Source: Neophaeotheca triangularis (taxonomy: Eukaryota). Taken from it: a stretch of 64,000 bases of DNA. The stretch spans positions 1-64,000 of the forward strand of contig BAAIJX010000066.1 of assembly GCA_054600435.1 (NCBI GenBank), given 5' to 3'. How positions within the stretch are numbered: the first letter of the stretch is position 1; the number at the start of each line of letters is the position of its first letter. Position numbers and translations under genes: made by a program. Of the stretch, positions 11,417 through 24,870 are shown one piece after another. Below the pieces are notes generated by a model. That model ran no database searches. It worked only from the letters and a program-made list of their open reading frames with translations, and was not told the DNA's origin.

Positions 11417-13411
11417 ATGTCTTCATTCGGCATGCGGCAGTTTGCTGCCACTGGCCGTCTCACGCGCCAGATCCAGCGCCGCAACTTCTCTCGCACCACC
11501 CCCGCCGCCCGCATCATCACCAACCAACCGCTCCGGGCAAAGGAAGCCTCCCCCTTCGTTTCGTCCAAGTACCCAGTTGTCGACCACGAGTACGATGCCC
11601 TTGTCGTCGGTGCTGGTGGCTCTGGTCTTAGAGCAGCCTTCGGTCTAGCGGAAGCCGGTTTCAACACAGCATGCATTTCCAAACTCTTCCCTACACGATC
11701 GCACACCGTCGCCGCACAGGGTGGTATCAATGCTGCGCTCGGGAACATGCACGAGGATGACTGGAGATGGCACATGTACGATACCGTGAAGGGGTCAGAT
11801 TGGCTTGGTGACCAGGACGCCATCCACTACATGACAAGGGAGGCGCCCGCATCTGTTATCGAGCTCGAGAACTACGGCTGCCCTTTCTCGCGTACCGATG
11901 ATGGCCGCATCTACCAACGCGCTTTCGGTGGCCAATCGAGAGAATACGGCAAGGGTGGCCAAGCATACCGATGCTGCGCTGCCGCCGATAGGACTGGACA
12001 CGCTCTTCTGCACACTCTCTACGGTCAATCCCTTAGGCACAACACCAACTACTTCATTGAGTTCTTCGCCACCGATCTGATCATGGAGGATGGCCAGTGC
12101 AAGGGTGTCATCGCCTACAACCAGGAAGATGGTACCATTCACCGTTTCCGCGCTCACCACACTGTTCTGGCCACTGGTGGTTACGGCCGTGCTTACTTCT
12201 CTTGCACATCTGCACACACTTGCACTGGTGACGGTATGGCCATGGTTGCTCGTGCCGGTCTGCCTAACCAGGACATGGAGTTTGTGCAATTCCATCCTAC
12301 CGGTATCTACGGCGCTGGCTGCTTGATTACCGAGGGCTCCCGTGGTGAGGGTGGCTACCTGCTGAACAGCGAGGGTGAGCGATTCATGGAGCGTTACGCA
12401 CCTACTGCCAAGGATCTTGCCTCTCGTGACGTTGTCAGCCGAAGCATGACCATGGAGATTCGTGAGGGCCGTGGTGTCGGCCCAGACAAGGACCACATCT
12501 ACCTCCAGCTTTCTCACTTGCCTCCTGAGGTCCTTCACCAGCGTCTCCCTGGTATCTCCGAGACCGCCTCCATCTTCGCCGGTGTCGACGTTCGCAAGCA
12601 GCCCATCCCCGTCCTGCCCACCGTCCACTACAACATGGGCGGTATCCCTACCAAGTACACCGGAGAGGTCCTGACTCAAGACGCCCAAGGCAACGACCAA
12701 GTCGTTCCCGGTCTCTTCGCATGTGGTGAAGCCGCCTGCGTCTCTGTTCACGGTGCTAACCGTCTTGGTGCCAACTCCCTGCTCGACTTGGTCGTCTTCG
12801 GCCGTGCCGTCAGCCACACTATCCGCGACAACTTCACACCTGGCACGAAGCACCCTGAGATCTCCGCCGACGCTGGTGCCGATGCTATCGAAGTGATTGA
12901 CAAGACCCGCACCGCTGATGGCCCCAAGAGCACACACGAGGTCAGGAGTGCAATGCAGAAGGTTATGCAGACTGACGTCTCTGTTTTCCGTACCCAAGAG
13001 TCGCTCGACCAGGGTGTGAAGAGGTAGGCTATTACTTTCCTCATCCCCGAATTTGAGAAAGATCACTAACTGTCCACCAGAATGCAAGACGTAGACCAAA
13101 TGTACCACCAAGTCGGCACCAAAGACCGCAGCATGATCTGGAACTCGGACTTGGTCGAGACGCTCGAACTCCGCAACCTTCTCACCTGCGCCGTGCAAAC
13201 CGCCGAGGCCGCCGCGAACCGCAAGGAATCCCGTGGCGCTCACGCCCGCGAGGACTTCCCCGAGCGAGACGACGAGAAATGGATGAAGCACTCGCTCACG
13301 TGGCAGAAGAAGCCTCACGAGCAGGTCGACATCGGCTACAGGGCTGTCGTCGGCACTACTCTGGATGAAGGCGAGTGCAAGGCTGTGCCGCCTTTTGCTA
13401 GGAAGTACTAG
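11417..13411 (+). CDS. SDH1: Succinate dehydrogenase flavoprotein subunit, mitochondrial (intron 13024..13080)
   Basis: Arg-rich presequence, [15 protein letters not shown] motif, [10 protein letters not shown] covalent-FAD His, [11 protein letters not shown]. Intron GTAGGC...CTAAC...CAG joins the two ORFs in frame. Confidence 0.97.
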
Positions 13412-14283
13412 ATGGGCGGCATTTGTTGTTGGGTTCAAGGGAGTAGATGTATGTATGTAGGTGTTTAGCGTGCTGTTATGCTAAGTTCTTTGAAGAATTG
13501 CTTCACTGTCACCCATCTTTTGGTTTCTTTCATGAAGATGTCATCAAGTTTCAATTCCTTTGCGGAAGTCGCGAAGGAGCAGAGAAGCTGGTGGCAAGCC
13601 CAAGAGCTAGGTATGCCCCGCGATGACCACCTGCGCACTACAAGTACACCCGTGGCGACGACTAACCATCTTTGCACTCATACCATCCGATCTCACATCT
13701 ACATCCTCTTGGATTAATGCCAAATCGACGTGGCCCTGTGCGCCGCCAACTCACGACATTGATGAGCGCCAAAGCCTACAAGTTCCCAGGCTGGTTTCAG
13801 TTCGGAGCTCGAGCTACGTGATGGCTCAGATACTTAATCTAACCAACACCACCTGCATGCTTGGCCGCATCACTGCTGCGGTGTCGACTTGGAGCACATG
13901 TTGAGAGGCGAGCATGATGTTGGTCGATTTCAAATTGAAGCTGCCTACAGGCCGCTTTTGAGTCTTGAGCTGCGTGCCCCTCCGGAAAGATCCAGTCTGC
14001 AGGTCGCTTCTGGTTCCCATGTACCTCGAAGGATTCTGGCACTGCTACGCTACTTTTGCAGGGTTCAACAGTTACAGCGCATACGCGCTGGGGACTGCTT
14101 GGCTCTCGGGCGTCCCTTAAAGGAGCTCGACCCTGCCCCGCGAGCGATGTACACCGCGGTGCACGGCTTTCAACGACAACCCCCCTCAAATCAGCTAAGA
14201 TACCCAAAAATCTCTGGTGTCGTCACAGAACACATTGTCCAAGAGGCAAAGCCGCCTTTAGAGCCGCTGCCGATACTTTCATC

Positions 14284-17140
14284 ATGGCTGCGCAAGTGGA
14301 CGACCTGGTTCCAAAGCACATGTGCCACATGAAACTGAAGAATGTGAGCGAGTTGGACGTAATGGTCTCCGGCTTATCAGAAAGACCTACGTCTTTCAGA
14401 GTCGACCTGAATGAGAGATTGGGCAATTCAGACGGAAGCCTTACAACGCACGGTCGCAACTTTTCACGGTCCGCTCGAGATGTCAGGCTTGAAGGGACGG
14501 TCCTTATTGCAGCACTTAAAACAGTGTCCCAAGATTGGACTGAAGATCGTGCAGATATCAGGGTGACCAGAGTCTCTGGTGGTCAAGGCTTATCGCCCTG
14601 CAACTTCTCTTTGATCTGCTACGTCGCATCATGGAGAAAGTTCTTCGGGACACTGGAGATCGAACCATGCTTCGAATCAAAACTCGAGCCCTCACAATGG
14701 ACGATCGAGGGTGAATATCACCTTCAGTACCCTGAGATAAATCAAGGCCCGGAGGATGATTGCCGAAATTTGAGACTTGGCCGAGACGGACGTCTTCTGG
14801 CAGCTGAATGTAGGCAGCCCAATGGTCGATACTTTACCACCTATTTTCCCCTGGGCGCCGTCTTGGGAAACTATAATGGCAGGTTCAATTTTGCCGGCAA
14901 TAGATACTGGCAATCTGCTGAGGACCCACGGTTGTCTCATCTCACCTTAAACGCAAAGCTGCGCACTGTCACAGGTGACTTGAAACGAGCTACGTGCAAT
15001 CTATCCGACGTGATCGGCTGCCATGGTGGACGACTGGTGCCTTTGCGCGAAGACATGCCCGAACTTGGTGGTGAGCCGCATCCCACGATCGATGCGATGA
15101 ATGCAGGCAAAGATGATACAGCCGGGGCACGAGGTGCGTTGGCCGCAACCCAAATCTACACTGCCATCAGTGCGAAGGGCACAATTCGAGTGTGCCATAT
15201 CTCTCCGGGGGACTGGGATGACCCGATCTCATGTCGACTGGAAACTCGATTGATCGATGGGCCGAATAGATACAACTGTGTCTCATATGCCTGGGGCGAC
15301 TTCAGCAGCAGTGCCACGATCACCCTCAACGAACACACCCTCAGAATTCAACAAAATCTTTTTCGCCTCCTGAGACGTCTACGTTTTCGAGGAACAACGA
15401 CTTCTTCCATCTGGATCGACGCATTATGCATCAACCAGAATGATGACACGGAGAAGACGTCGCAAGTAGCGCAAATGGGGGTCGTTTACTCAAGAGCGGA
15501 AGAGGTCGTTATCTGGTTGGGTGAGTACTTTGAAGGCGAGGATGAGGAGGATCCAACGCGCTACCTTTACGACATCCGACATCCTTGCACGTTTCCGATT
15601 TTGACGTCTATGATGGCGCATGTTGCTTCTGGGTGCCATTGGTGGCAGACTCCGGGAACTTGCTGTCGCTTAAGCTCTGATGGCTTGGTTCAAGAAAGAT
15701 CTGATGCAATGCTGAGACTATTACATGAGGCAATACTGCGATTCATACGAGCTCAATGGTGTGTGTGGATCGGCAAGCTTGTAAACTTTGATCTTTCTGA
15801 CATCCATTCTGCGCAGGTTCTCACGCACATGGACAATACAAGAGCTTGCGCTTTCCCCGAACGCTAAGCTACTCATCGGCAACTCGGCTGTCAGTTGGCA
15901 CACTATAGACTGTTTTCGAATTTCACTGGGAGACCACTTTCACCACTGCTGTGAGACGATCGGCGGTACTGTCGTGAGAAGCAATGGCGACGCTGCCAAT
16001 TGGGTTGTCATGGAAGATCTCCATAACCTGAGAGGTTGCCTCGATAATTTAGCCTGGTTCCGCATCGCAAAGGGTCTTCTCCGGGATCTCACCCTTCCAC
16101 CTAAAGCCAGACTTCGTCTTCTACTCCGGCTTATAGAGGAAGCTTCTCGGCGGAATACTACAGACCCTCGCGACAAAATTTACGCACTCCATGGTATTGG
16201 CGGCCCGACATTCGATGGCTACAAGCTTGATTACAACAAAAGTGCAGTGGAAGTCTACAAGGATTTCACGGTGTGGATGATCGTACAATCAGAGTCGCTT
16301 GACGTATGGGACCATTTAGCTTTTGAGACCGCCACGAGCCCAGAACGAAAGCTCTGTGGCTTACCTTCATGGGCACTTGATTGGACTGTCGCGAACAGAC
16401 CCCTACTTGTCTGTCACCAGGCCGCAAGGACGGACGAACTGTCACGCAGCTGCGCACCAGGCACCTGCCCTGTTGCGGATGCCCAGGCAAACCTACTGGC
16501 GGTACGAGGCGTTCGTTTCGACCGCATCAATCTGGTCACCACGACATCATGGCCTGACTTTCAACAAACTATCGGGGATAAAGTCCTCCCAGTTTTGCGA
16601 AGTTGGATCAATTTTGCCATTATAGCTCTCAGTGAACAATTCGGAGTAAACACTAGCGCGATGAAGACCTTGTGCAGAGTCATGACTCTTGATAGTGTCC
16701 CCTTAAGCAGGTATTCTGGGAGGACATTGCCTGACCGCGAACCCGAGCCATGGCGCCGAGCTGATGCTAAATACGTTGCAGATTGGTTAGCTTGGACAGC
16801 GCGTATTCAGCAATTACCCAGCTTGAGACCCGATCAATACGACAAAGAGCCCGACTGGCAGTTCTGGCACGCGGTAGAATTTGCTGCTCAAGGCCGGAGG
16901 TTGTTCGTAACAGAGGCTTCCCGCCTCGGTCTCGGCCCACTTACAATGCAGGCAGGCGATGAGATCTTTCTCCTTCATGGGGCGAGTAACCCGTATCTTC
17001 TGAGAGAGAACACCGACAGGACGGAGCATCCATCAGTCCCGAAAACCTACGCTATCATCGGGCCTTGCTACGTTGATGGCGTGATGGATGGAGAGCTAAA
17101 GGACGTGCTCGATTCTGCGGAAACGGTATACTTGCGATGA
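14284..17140 (+). CDS. HET-domain (HET-6-like) protein with two N-terminal CVNH lectin-like domains (intron 15759..15816)
   Basis: CVNH-like repeats (DLNERLGNSDG..GRNFSRSARDVRL; LGAVLGNYNGRF..NLSDVIGCHGGRL). HET motifs YNCVSYAWG, IWIDALCINQND, QVAQMGVVYSRAEEVVIWLG, W|FSRTWTIQE, TDPRDKIYAL, LPSWALDW, IGPCYVDGVMDGE. Removing the intron restores WFSR. Confidence 0.88.
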
Positions 17141-18201
17141 CTTCTGTGGCCGATTCGACCAGAGAGGTAGCGGCGTCTGGTCGCCCTTCCAGTCGTCCAC
17201 GATATGGAGAGGATGTTGTTCGCTGGGACTTTCAAAGACACGAGGCTATCAGAGTAGTACAAGCGGAAGGAGACGGAGTTGCCGGAAACATCAAGCCATG
17301 GACTCAGTGTTCGTCGCAAGTTGCTCGCAATGTCTATGCTACGCAGCAGCACGCGCAACCCTTCAGCAGTCGCTGCTCTCGCCCTAGATTCAATCTTATA
17401 ACCAGACGCGCGCTGTGTCGCTCTAGAGACCCGTGGATACTGCGAGCTGGAGTGCTGCCACGCATCGCTGGTACTCTACCCCTCTATCTCTCGTACAGAA
17501 CGGCTGCCTGGTTAAACAGAAAAGACGGAATCGAAGCACGAACATGTCAGCACTGGGAGGATTTTTGTCGTCTCAACGACAGTCAAAATCTAGGTAAGCA
17601 ATCGGGTTGACGCCGCTTTGTTCACGCCTGTGTAGTCCGGGCAGATTTGGTTTGGGAAGTTCGGAAAGTGTCTGCGAGCGCAAAGCGAAGCTCTCCCCTA
17701 CAGAGGGAAAGAGGGATTCCGACATGTAATTTTAGCGGCAGCAGCAGCAGAAGGGTCGTAAGCGGCGGTGAGATCGGTGGGCGGACGGTGATGCAGTCGT
17801 ACGTTGGAGTCAAACTTATGCATATCTTACCTTATCCTCTGTGCTGCTTTTTTCGGTTTGAGATGAGCGCGAACGGTGCCTTTTATCGACTTTTGTTACC
17901 GGTTCTGCACAGCCCCCGGTCTTCCAGAGACACGCCTGCTCCTTCCAGCAGTGCTCATGAGAATGTTAGCGAGTCGCTGATACATCATGCCCACACTGGA
18001 CGATGTCAGCCTTGGAGAGCCCCTAAAACGAGGCATGTGAGAGCTAAAAGTCGCTGGAAGCGGGAGCTGACTACTGTCGCACTGAATGAAGGACTGATCT
18101 AGCTAATTACAGAGATGCATCATCCTCATCCGGCTCTGTGTTAGGCTTCGAAAAGTCCAAATCTGAACAATGCTAAGCCTCGGAACCACAACCCCGACTA
18201 A

Positions 18202-19594
18202 TCACTTCGTCTTCTTCAGCCTCCCATTCGCCCCCTCCCCTCCCTGACTCTTACCCCCGTCCCCCTGCTTCGCGGCCCTCTGACTCGGCAACCTCCAAGA
18301 AGTCTCCCAGCCATACAACGCACCGCTCCCAAACACCAAGACCGCCCCGGCCACCATCTTCCCGCTCAACTCGTGCCCAAAAATCCACGTACTAAAGATG
18401 AAACTCACCAGCTTCCGAATATTAAGCACAATCGTCACGGTCACGGCCGAAGACTTTGCCGAAAGCAGGTTCACTCCCGAAATGCAAGCGAGCTGCGTGA
18501 TGGCGTTGATGAAGAGGAAGACGAGACCTTGCGGGAGGGTTTGGAGTTGGTGCAGCGCCCAGCCGTTGGGGGTGTAGCGGGGCGTTTCTTGCACTGAGGT
18601 GAAGAGGTCTTTGGAGAGCCAGAGCGAGAGGTCTAGGGGTGCTGTTGCCGCGAGCTTGCTGTATTGGGTTTGCAGCTGGCTGAAGAGGGGGAGGAAGAGC
18701 GGCAGGCTGAGGATGTGCGAGTAGAAGAGGTTTTCGGTCCAGTCGGCGCCGTATTCGGCGTACGTGTCTTCGACGTAGGCGCCCATGTAGGCGGAGAAGA
18801 TTTGGGCTAGCAGCAGGATCGCGAGACCGGTCATGAACTCGGTCGAGTCTGATTCCGAGCTGGCGGACATGTCTTTGCCCTGAGCGGTGCCTGTATTAGT
18901 CTTGTTTTGTGGTATCTGTGAGGTGAGAATGTGGTCATACCTTGCTTTCCGAGTCCGCCCACGCACTGACGAGTACACCGACTGTGAGCAGCAGCACACT
19001 CGCCACTTGTAAGAAGCTATACCGCTTGCCCCTGATGACACCCGCGAGCATTGTAGTCACGCTCCCGAAGCTTCGCAAGATGATATGAATCGGCACGCTG
19101 ACTTTGAAAGCGAAAGCCCAGTTGTTCAGCATGTTGATAGCGAAGAACATTGCCGCAATGGCAACCCATCGTGCCAGAGGGACCGTCGGTTTCCGGATGA
19201 TTGATCCGGTTTCCAGGAAGGGTACATTGAGCTGGGTGCACAGCGCGATACCTCCCGTGAAGACGAACTGGAAGAAGGCGATCAAGAGACCTGAACGCCG
19301 GCGCCTTTGTCAGCGATGGTCATGATCCAGCCATATGGCAAGCTAGAGTCGTGCAGAATCGCAATCTGTCGAGACCTACCACTACCCGGCTCGCTCCTAG
19401 TATATAGTCAGTCGAAATCTCTTCGCAAAGACAGTTGCCAATCTCGACTTACTTGATAATAGCCTCCAAGGCAAAAACCTAGAAAAGGTATCAGCATCTC
19501 CGCCATCGAGACCAGGCCAGCGAGGCATACATACATTAGAGCAGCAACCTCCAAAAATAAGGGCAACAACGCCCAGGGGACCAATGGGTATCAT
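18202..19594 (-). CDS. UAA-family nucleotide-sugar transporter (UDP-GlcNAc/UDP-xylose; YEA4/SLC35B4-like), 4 introns
   Basis: Spliced N-terminus IFGGCCSN|VFALEAIIK|SEPGSG|LLIAFFQF; NNWAFAFKVSVPIHIILRSFG; WTENLFYSH; TVTIVLNIRKLVS; canonical splice sites. Confidence 0.9.
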
Positions 19595-22500
19595 TCCAGT
19601 AGTAGTAAGAAAGAAGGCGTGGGTGAGTAGGTACTATCGTGCAAGCGCTATCATATTCGTCGGCTTACGGCGACGGTGACTGGTGCGAAGGGCGTGTGGA
19701 TGCAATCGAGGTCTCACTGATCAGTGTTGGTTGCTGCTTGGAGCCCAACTTACGCGCATGTGGTGTCTGTGGAAGGTTTGTTGGAGCTGCCGAAAGCGGT
19801 TAGCGGCTTGTGAGCCGCTGGTACATTGCCCCGATTTCCAAGCGGTGATACTTGCGTTGAAACGACGGGACGTTGTGTTACTCTCAATTTCCATGGCGTC
19901 AGGCGTCAGGGGGAAGATTGAGTTGCATTGATGGTTCACGGTTGTCTCTGTGTAGGGGCTGGACTTTTCGTTTCGCGCGTGCCACACCGAGCGGATATGC
20001 CCTAACTCTTACCCTTCGTTCGGTTCAATTCAGGCGCGTATGATAGATATCTAAAACACGGACTCTTCGCGAAGTCACACGGAAAGGGGAAATTCCCTCC
20101 CTAGGTAAGCATGAGCATCTTGATACTCAAGTCCACAAACCATTCTTGTCAAGAAGAGGAAGTAGTAGATCCGACCTGTCTTAATCCCTCATCCATCCCC
20201 AAGGTCTATCAAACAGGAGCATTGCAGAAAACGCAAGCTCGTACTTCTGTTTGTGAAGACTTTCCAGGCTTGATGCTCGTGAGAACATGGCCGATTTGCA
20301 AGGCGACTTCGAAGAGCGTGGCATACGGCAAAGGAACCACGCTTTTACGCGTAAAGCGGTGTGCGCCAGACAGCAGCAGAGGGGTGATCGAACGCACATC
20401 ATGCGACGTTGTCGACCCGTGATCATTTGTACAGTCGAATACAAGCGCTGACTGCTTTGTGATTATTGCACCTCCAGTCCCGGGTAATAGCAAGTCGATC
20501 AACACATGATTTTCTTCCCCACGAAAGTCCACGGAGAATGCATGCTAAGATAGAAGAGATGAGGTCAAATCGTGAGCGATGTAACCCTGCAAAGTACCGA
20601 GGGAAACCTCGTTTGACTGCCAAATGAATGCTAATGATCCTTTCTCACGTGCACGTGGTGTAATGGAAGTGTTGGTTAAGGTATGTACGTCACCTCACCT
20701 ATCGCTGTACGCGAAAAAGGTTAGGTACCTTCCTAGGATGGAGTTGCCAGTGATCGCCCGACGAGTAGTTGAAAGCGTTTCTTGAGCTAGCTGGCACTAC
20801 TACTGCCTAGAATAGAGGACATGTAGGCACTTTGTCTTGTCCGAAATCGGAACTCTCACGAGAGGAATACTGTACCTTATTGTTTCCGATATCGAGACTG
20901 GCGGATCCCCCGAATCCCTCGTGATTTCCATGTGTGGCTCTGACGTTGAGACTACGAAGAGGATCCGAAATGACGGCGATGGGTTCAGCCCCGGTACCCA
21001 CGCTATCGGGCGAAGGGTGATGCCATACCGTTGCTAAAAACCGTGGTTGAGTGCCTGGCGGTCTCACGCCGATTGCCCGTAGATGGCATCAAGGTGGCTA
21101 TGAGTAGGTACGACGAGCTAGACCTAGAAGCCTTACGATAGGAGCCAAGAGAGTCTTGCCTAGAACCTTCTGCACCACATATGTTGATAGTGTGAGCCGC
21201 ACGTGCTTTCAAGGTTACGGCATTCACCGTCGAGTGGTTCGCTGCCAGTAAGGCCTAGCGGTATCCCCGCCGTCTCGAGTCGTAGACTGTAGTAGTAGTA
21301 GTAGACACGCGGTCACGCGGTTTCAGAATATGGAGAGAGGTCAACGGCGTGGAGGTCGATCCCGCAGCAGCGAAGTTTATCCCACATTATTGCCTCTGTG
21401 GCGACGATTCGTGAGTCGTGAGCGGCGGACAGGAGGGCGAAGTGGAACTGGAAGGCAGCAGTAGTAATACCGTAATACGAGAGGGCCCGAAAACCAGGAC
21501 CGACTTGAGGGAGGTGGGGCGAGACAAAGCTGCGGTTGTATTCTTCAGCCTGTCATGTTGCGCGGCGCATACACACACACACACACACATACACAAGAGG
21601 TGTGTCAGCAACATTCGTAGCGTACTACGGTACAGTCATGCCTCCGGAGGTAGTGCTGAGCGATGTGGGCGGCAACCGGAGAAGCAAGCACGTGAGGATT
21701 TGTATGGTCAAAGGTCGAGATTCCGCAGATTCCAAATGGATCGGAAACTTCCAAGATAAAAACGGTCCGTTAGGTAGATCGATGCCCTCGACCCCACAAG
21801 CTAGGCCACGGGCACTGCGGCGGTAATGATAAATCAAACGGTCTCGCAGTCGCATGGGGTTGTAGCAAGGGTAACTAGATTTCATCGCGAGATATTCTCA
21901 AGTGATGACGACAGTAGCATTAATAGACTGTAAAGTTGTTAAACACTTATTATTGAGGTCGCGGTGGACGGAGAAGCAATGTAAAATGTCCTGATCAACT
22001 CTGTTTCGTAGTGAAGCAGTTTGCTCGAGAGGATATAGACGGCGCTTTTCCTAATGGGGAAGGTGCACTGCACTTGCAATCTCTAATCGCTCTCCATCTT
22101 GTAGTGCTTGGAAACAAGAGGACACATGGATAACGAACATGACATGTGTCGTGTTTCCCTTTTTGTTTTCTAGCAGAGGGAACGAGATACCAGCCATGAA
22201 CAGCAAGTATCGCTCGTAGTCGCGGACGGAAGCAAGACTTGAACCAGCCCGCGATAAGTCTTGAAATAACCTCACTCTCTCATTCTTCGTGTCCAGATCC
22301 TCTGGCAAAAGCTGAACAACGTGTAAGATGGACGGATGGACGATGGCCACGGAAGCTAACAGTGGGTGACAAGCCACAAGATCGGGGGATCAACGCCGTC
22401 GGCTGAGGGTAATCGTCGAATCGGTCGTGACAATCAGCTGGGCATGGCGTGCGGGAACAAGACAACAAGGTCGTCTTTCCAGCACGCAACGAGGAAGCCA

Positions 22501-24870
22501 AACGGCGATCAGCAGCCGTGAAAGTGGCAGAAGTGGCAGTCCCATGTGCTTCGGATGCGAAATGACCCGAGCCAGTCCCGTTCTTGACTCGTGTGTGCAG
22601 ATGATGTGGGTGGCACGTATATTACCTGTCGGGCATGTAGTGGGTGTATTGGAAGAAAGGTGAGCTGGCGAGCTGTTTGCGCAGACAAAGACGGAGGAGT
22701 TGGCGACGGGTGAGAATGATGATGATAGTATCAATGTCTATACTCATGCGGCAGCAGAAGTAGTAGTAGATGATGGGGAGGCCATGAACAGAGATGGAGA
22801 CGGCGGTGCGATACCTAGGCATTATCATTGCATGACTCTTTGGTTGACGTGTGTACCTAAGTACCTTATCCTTCCCCTCTCCCCAATCATCCATGTGCCC
22901 CTGTATCCAATGTACTGTAGGTACATCTGTACTGTACAACGTGGTAGATGGCTAGCGGCGACTCGGCAGGTGCCGCCCAGTTGGAGCAGTAGTCCGAACA
23001 GGGATCGAGGCTCCCAGCGACCCGCGGGTCTCGATTTTGTGAGAAGTCATACTTACTAGTAGTCGTTGTCATTGTCATTAGTATTAGGTACTGGTATTTG
23101 AATACTAGTACTGTTTTTGTTGTGGAAATAGTAAGCGACGGACAAGGCGTCGAGTCGTCGTTGCCGTGTAGCATTCGAATAGAATATTGCCCGACATCTT
23201 TGTTCACGACTTAAGGTAGGTAGCGAGGGTCAGTAGGTAGATACTACTACTACCACTACTACCTCTAGGTAGGCAGACACCTCGTGAGAAGACTGATGAG
23301 AAGGCGGCAGGCTTGGTGCCGGCGGCGAGGTGTCGATCGCCAAAGAAGACCACACATGGCGCGTACTCTGTGGGTCACTAGGTACTACCTTATACTACTT
23401 CACCCAAGCACTGGAGCACTACTACTGGAGCAGTCCTGAGTCTACGGCTCTGCCCGTCCTGCACATGTAACTGTAACTGTAGGTAGACCGGACCGTAGGC
23501 GGTACCTCGAGACCAGACCAGGTACTGTATGGTCTACCGTCTGTACCTACATAGTAGTACTTCCTTTAACTGTTACTGGCCTACCTTACCTTTACCTTAT
23601 TACCTTTTGCCCTTACTACTCACTGGAGTCACTACTACTGCGCCTCGCTCGACGTCGTTTCTTTTCCCCATTCCCCCACCATCTTCTTCCCCCGGTAAGT
23701 TGATTTACAGTACGTCGACGTCGTCGTCGTGTCAGGAAGTCGCGCTGTCAGTCTGTACCCGAAACCCCGACTCTCCCGCGCCAATTCGACCTGGCCTGGA
23801 GCAGATTGCTTGTGCGTCCCGACGGTGGTACAAGTCAGCAGCAGTTCATGCAAGGAACGGGGACAAAGATTTTGGCTGGTCATGACACGAATTTTCCCGT
23901 CATCCAAGACTAAACAGACCTTGTAAAGCAGTCCCGACGGCTCGAGAGTCAAGACAGCTGACTGCCATCTTTCACCCTCCATCCCATTCGCCAAATCATC
24001 TGCGCAGAGCTGTTGGAAACTTTTTGTGCCCTCGTTCCATACCACGACAACCACGACAACCACGACAACCACGACCATCACCTCGCCCGATCCTGTCGAG
24101 GTCAGCACCTCTCGGACACGTGCGCTAGAGACGCATCAACGCAGCGGCGCGTGGACCAGCCGAGACTTTCTTCGAACCTCACGACGAGACTCTTTATTGC
24201 AAGCTGCCGTCTGCCACTTCATCACTCGACCAAAACACGCTCGCCCCATATCGCCCGACACATACCTAGCTCTCGCACCAACACCACCAACACCACCACC
24301 ACCACCACTACTTCTGCCCAACCAGTCTTCCGGCAGCCTGGCTTCCGTTTCACTGATCTGCCCCATTTTGCGCATTGAAGTGCGTCTGTTGCGCATCTCC
24401 TGCGGCCTCTTCCGCTTTGAGCGACTTTTCGGACGACGCGGCTTGCACCACTGGTAATCCACGAGTTTCTTCGCCCTCCGACCTCTCAGCTTGCCTTCTC
24501 GCCCACCGACTTTCCTCGTGTGTGCCAAACCTACTGCCCACAAACTCGTTGCCTTTGCGTCATTCCCATTACCAGGACGACGTTTATTCTCCGACTCTCG
24601 AGGTGCACCGATTGCCCCGCACCGTTCTTCCAAACTTCTAACTTCACAACGTGTACCGCGTTCTTCCACGCACGCATTGACCGATCGTTTTGCTCTTCAG
24701 ACTTGTTCGGCAGGACCGTGAGCCGAGATTGAGTGTCTGCTCTTATCTTCGCAAGCCTTCAGGCCCATCGCTCGCAGGGCGACATCTCTTCCAACATCTT
24801 GCTCGCATCTCGTCTTTTCCTTCGTCCGCCGTAATTACCACCCAGGCACGATCTAGACAGTGCCCTCAAC

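Noticed and set aside
11795..13438. 547-aa minus-strand ORF
   Set aside because: Antisense shadow of the codon-biased SDH1 gene
14056..14283. ORF-track N-terminal extension of the CVNH-HET gene (similar extensions are shown for SDH1, SLA1 and 39290..42118)
   Set aside because: Non-ATG starts; downstream ATGs fit the domain or targeting-peptide boundaries better
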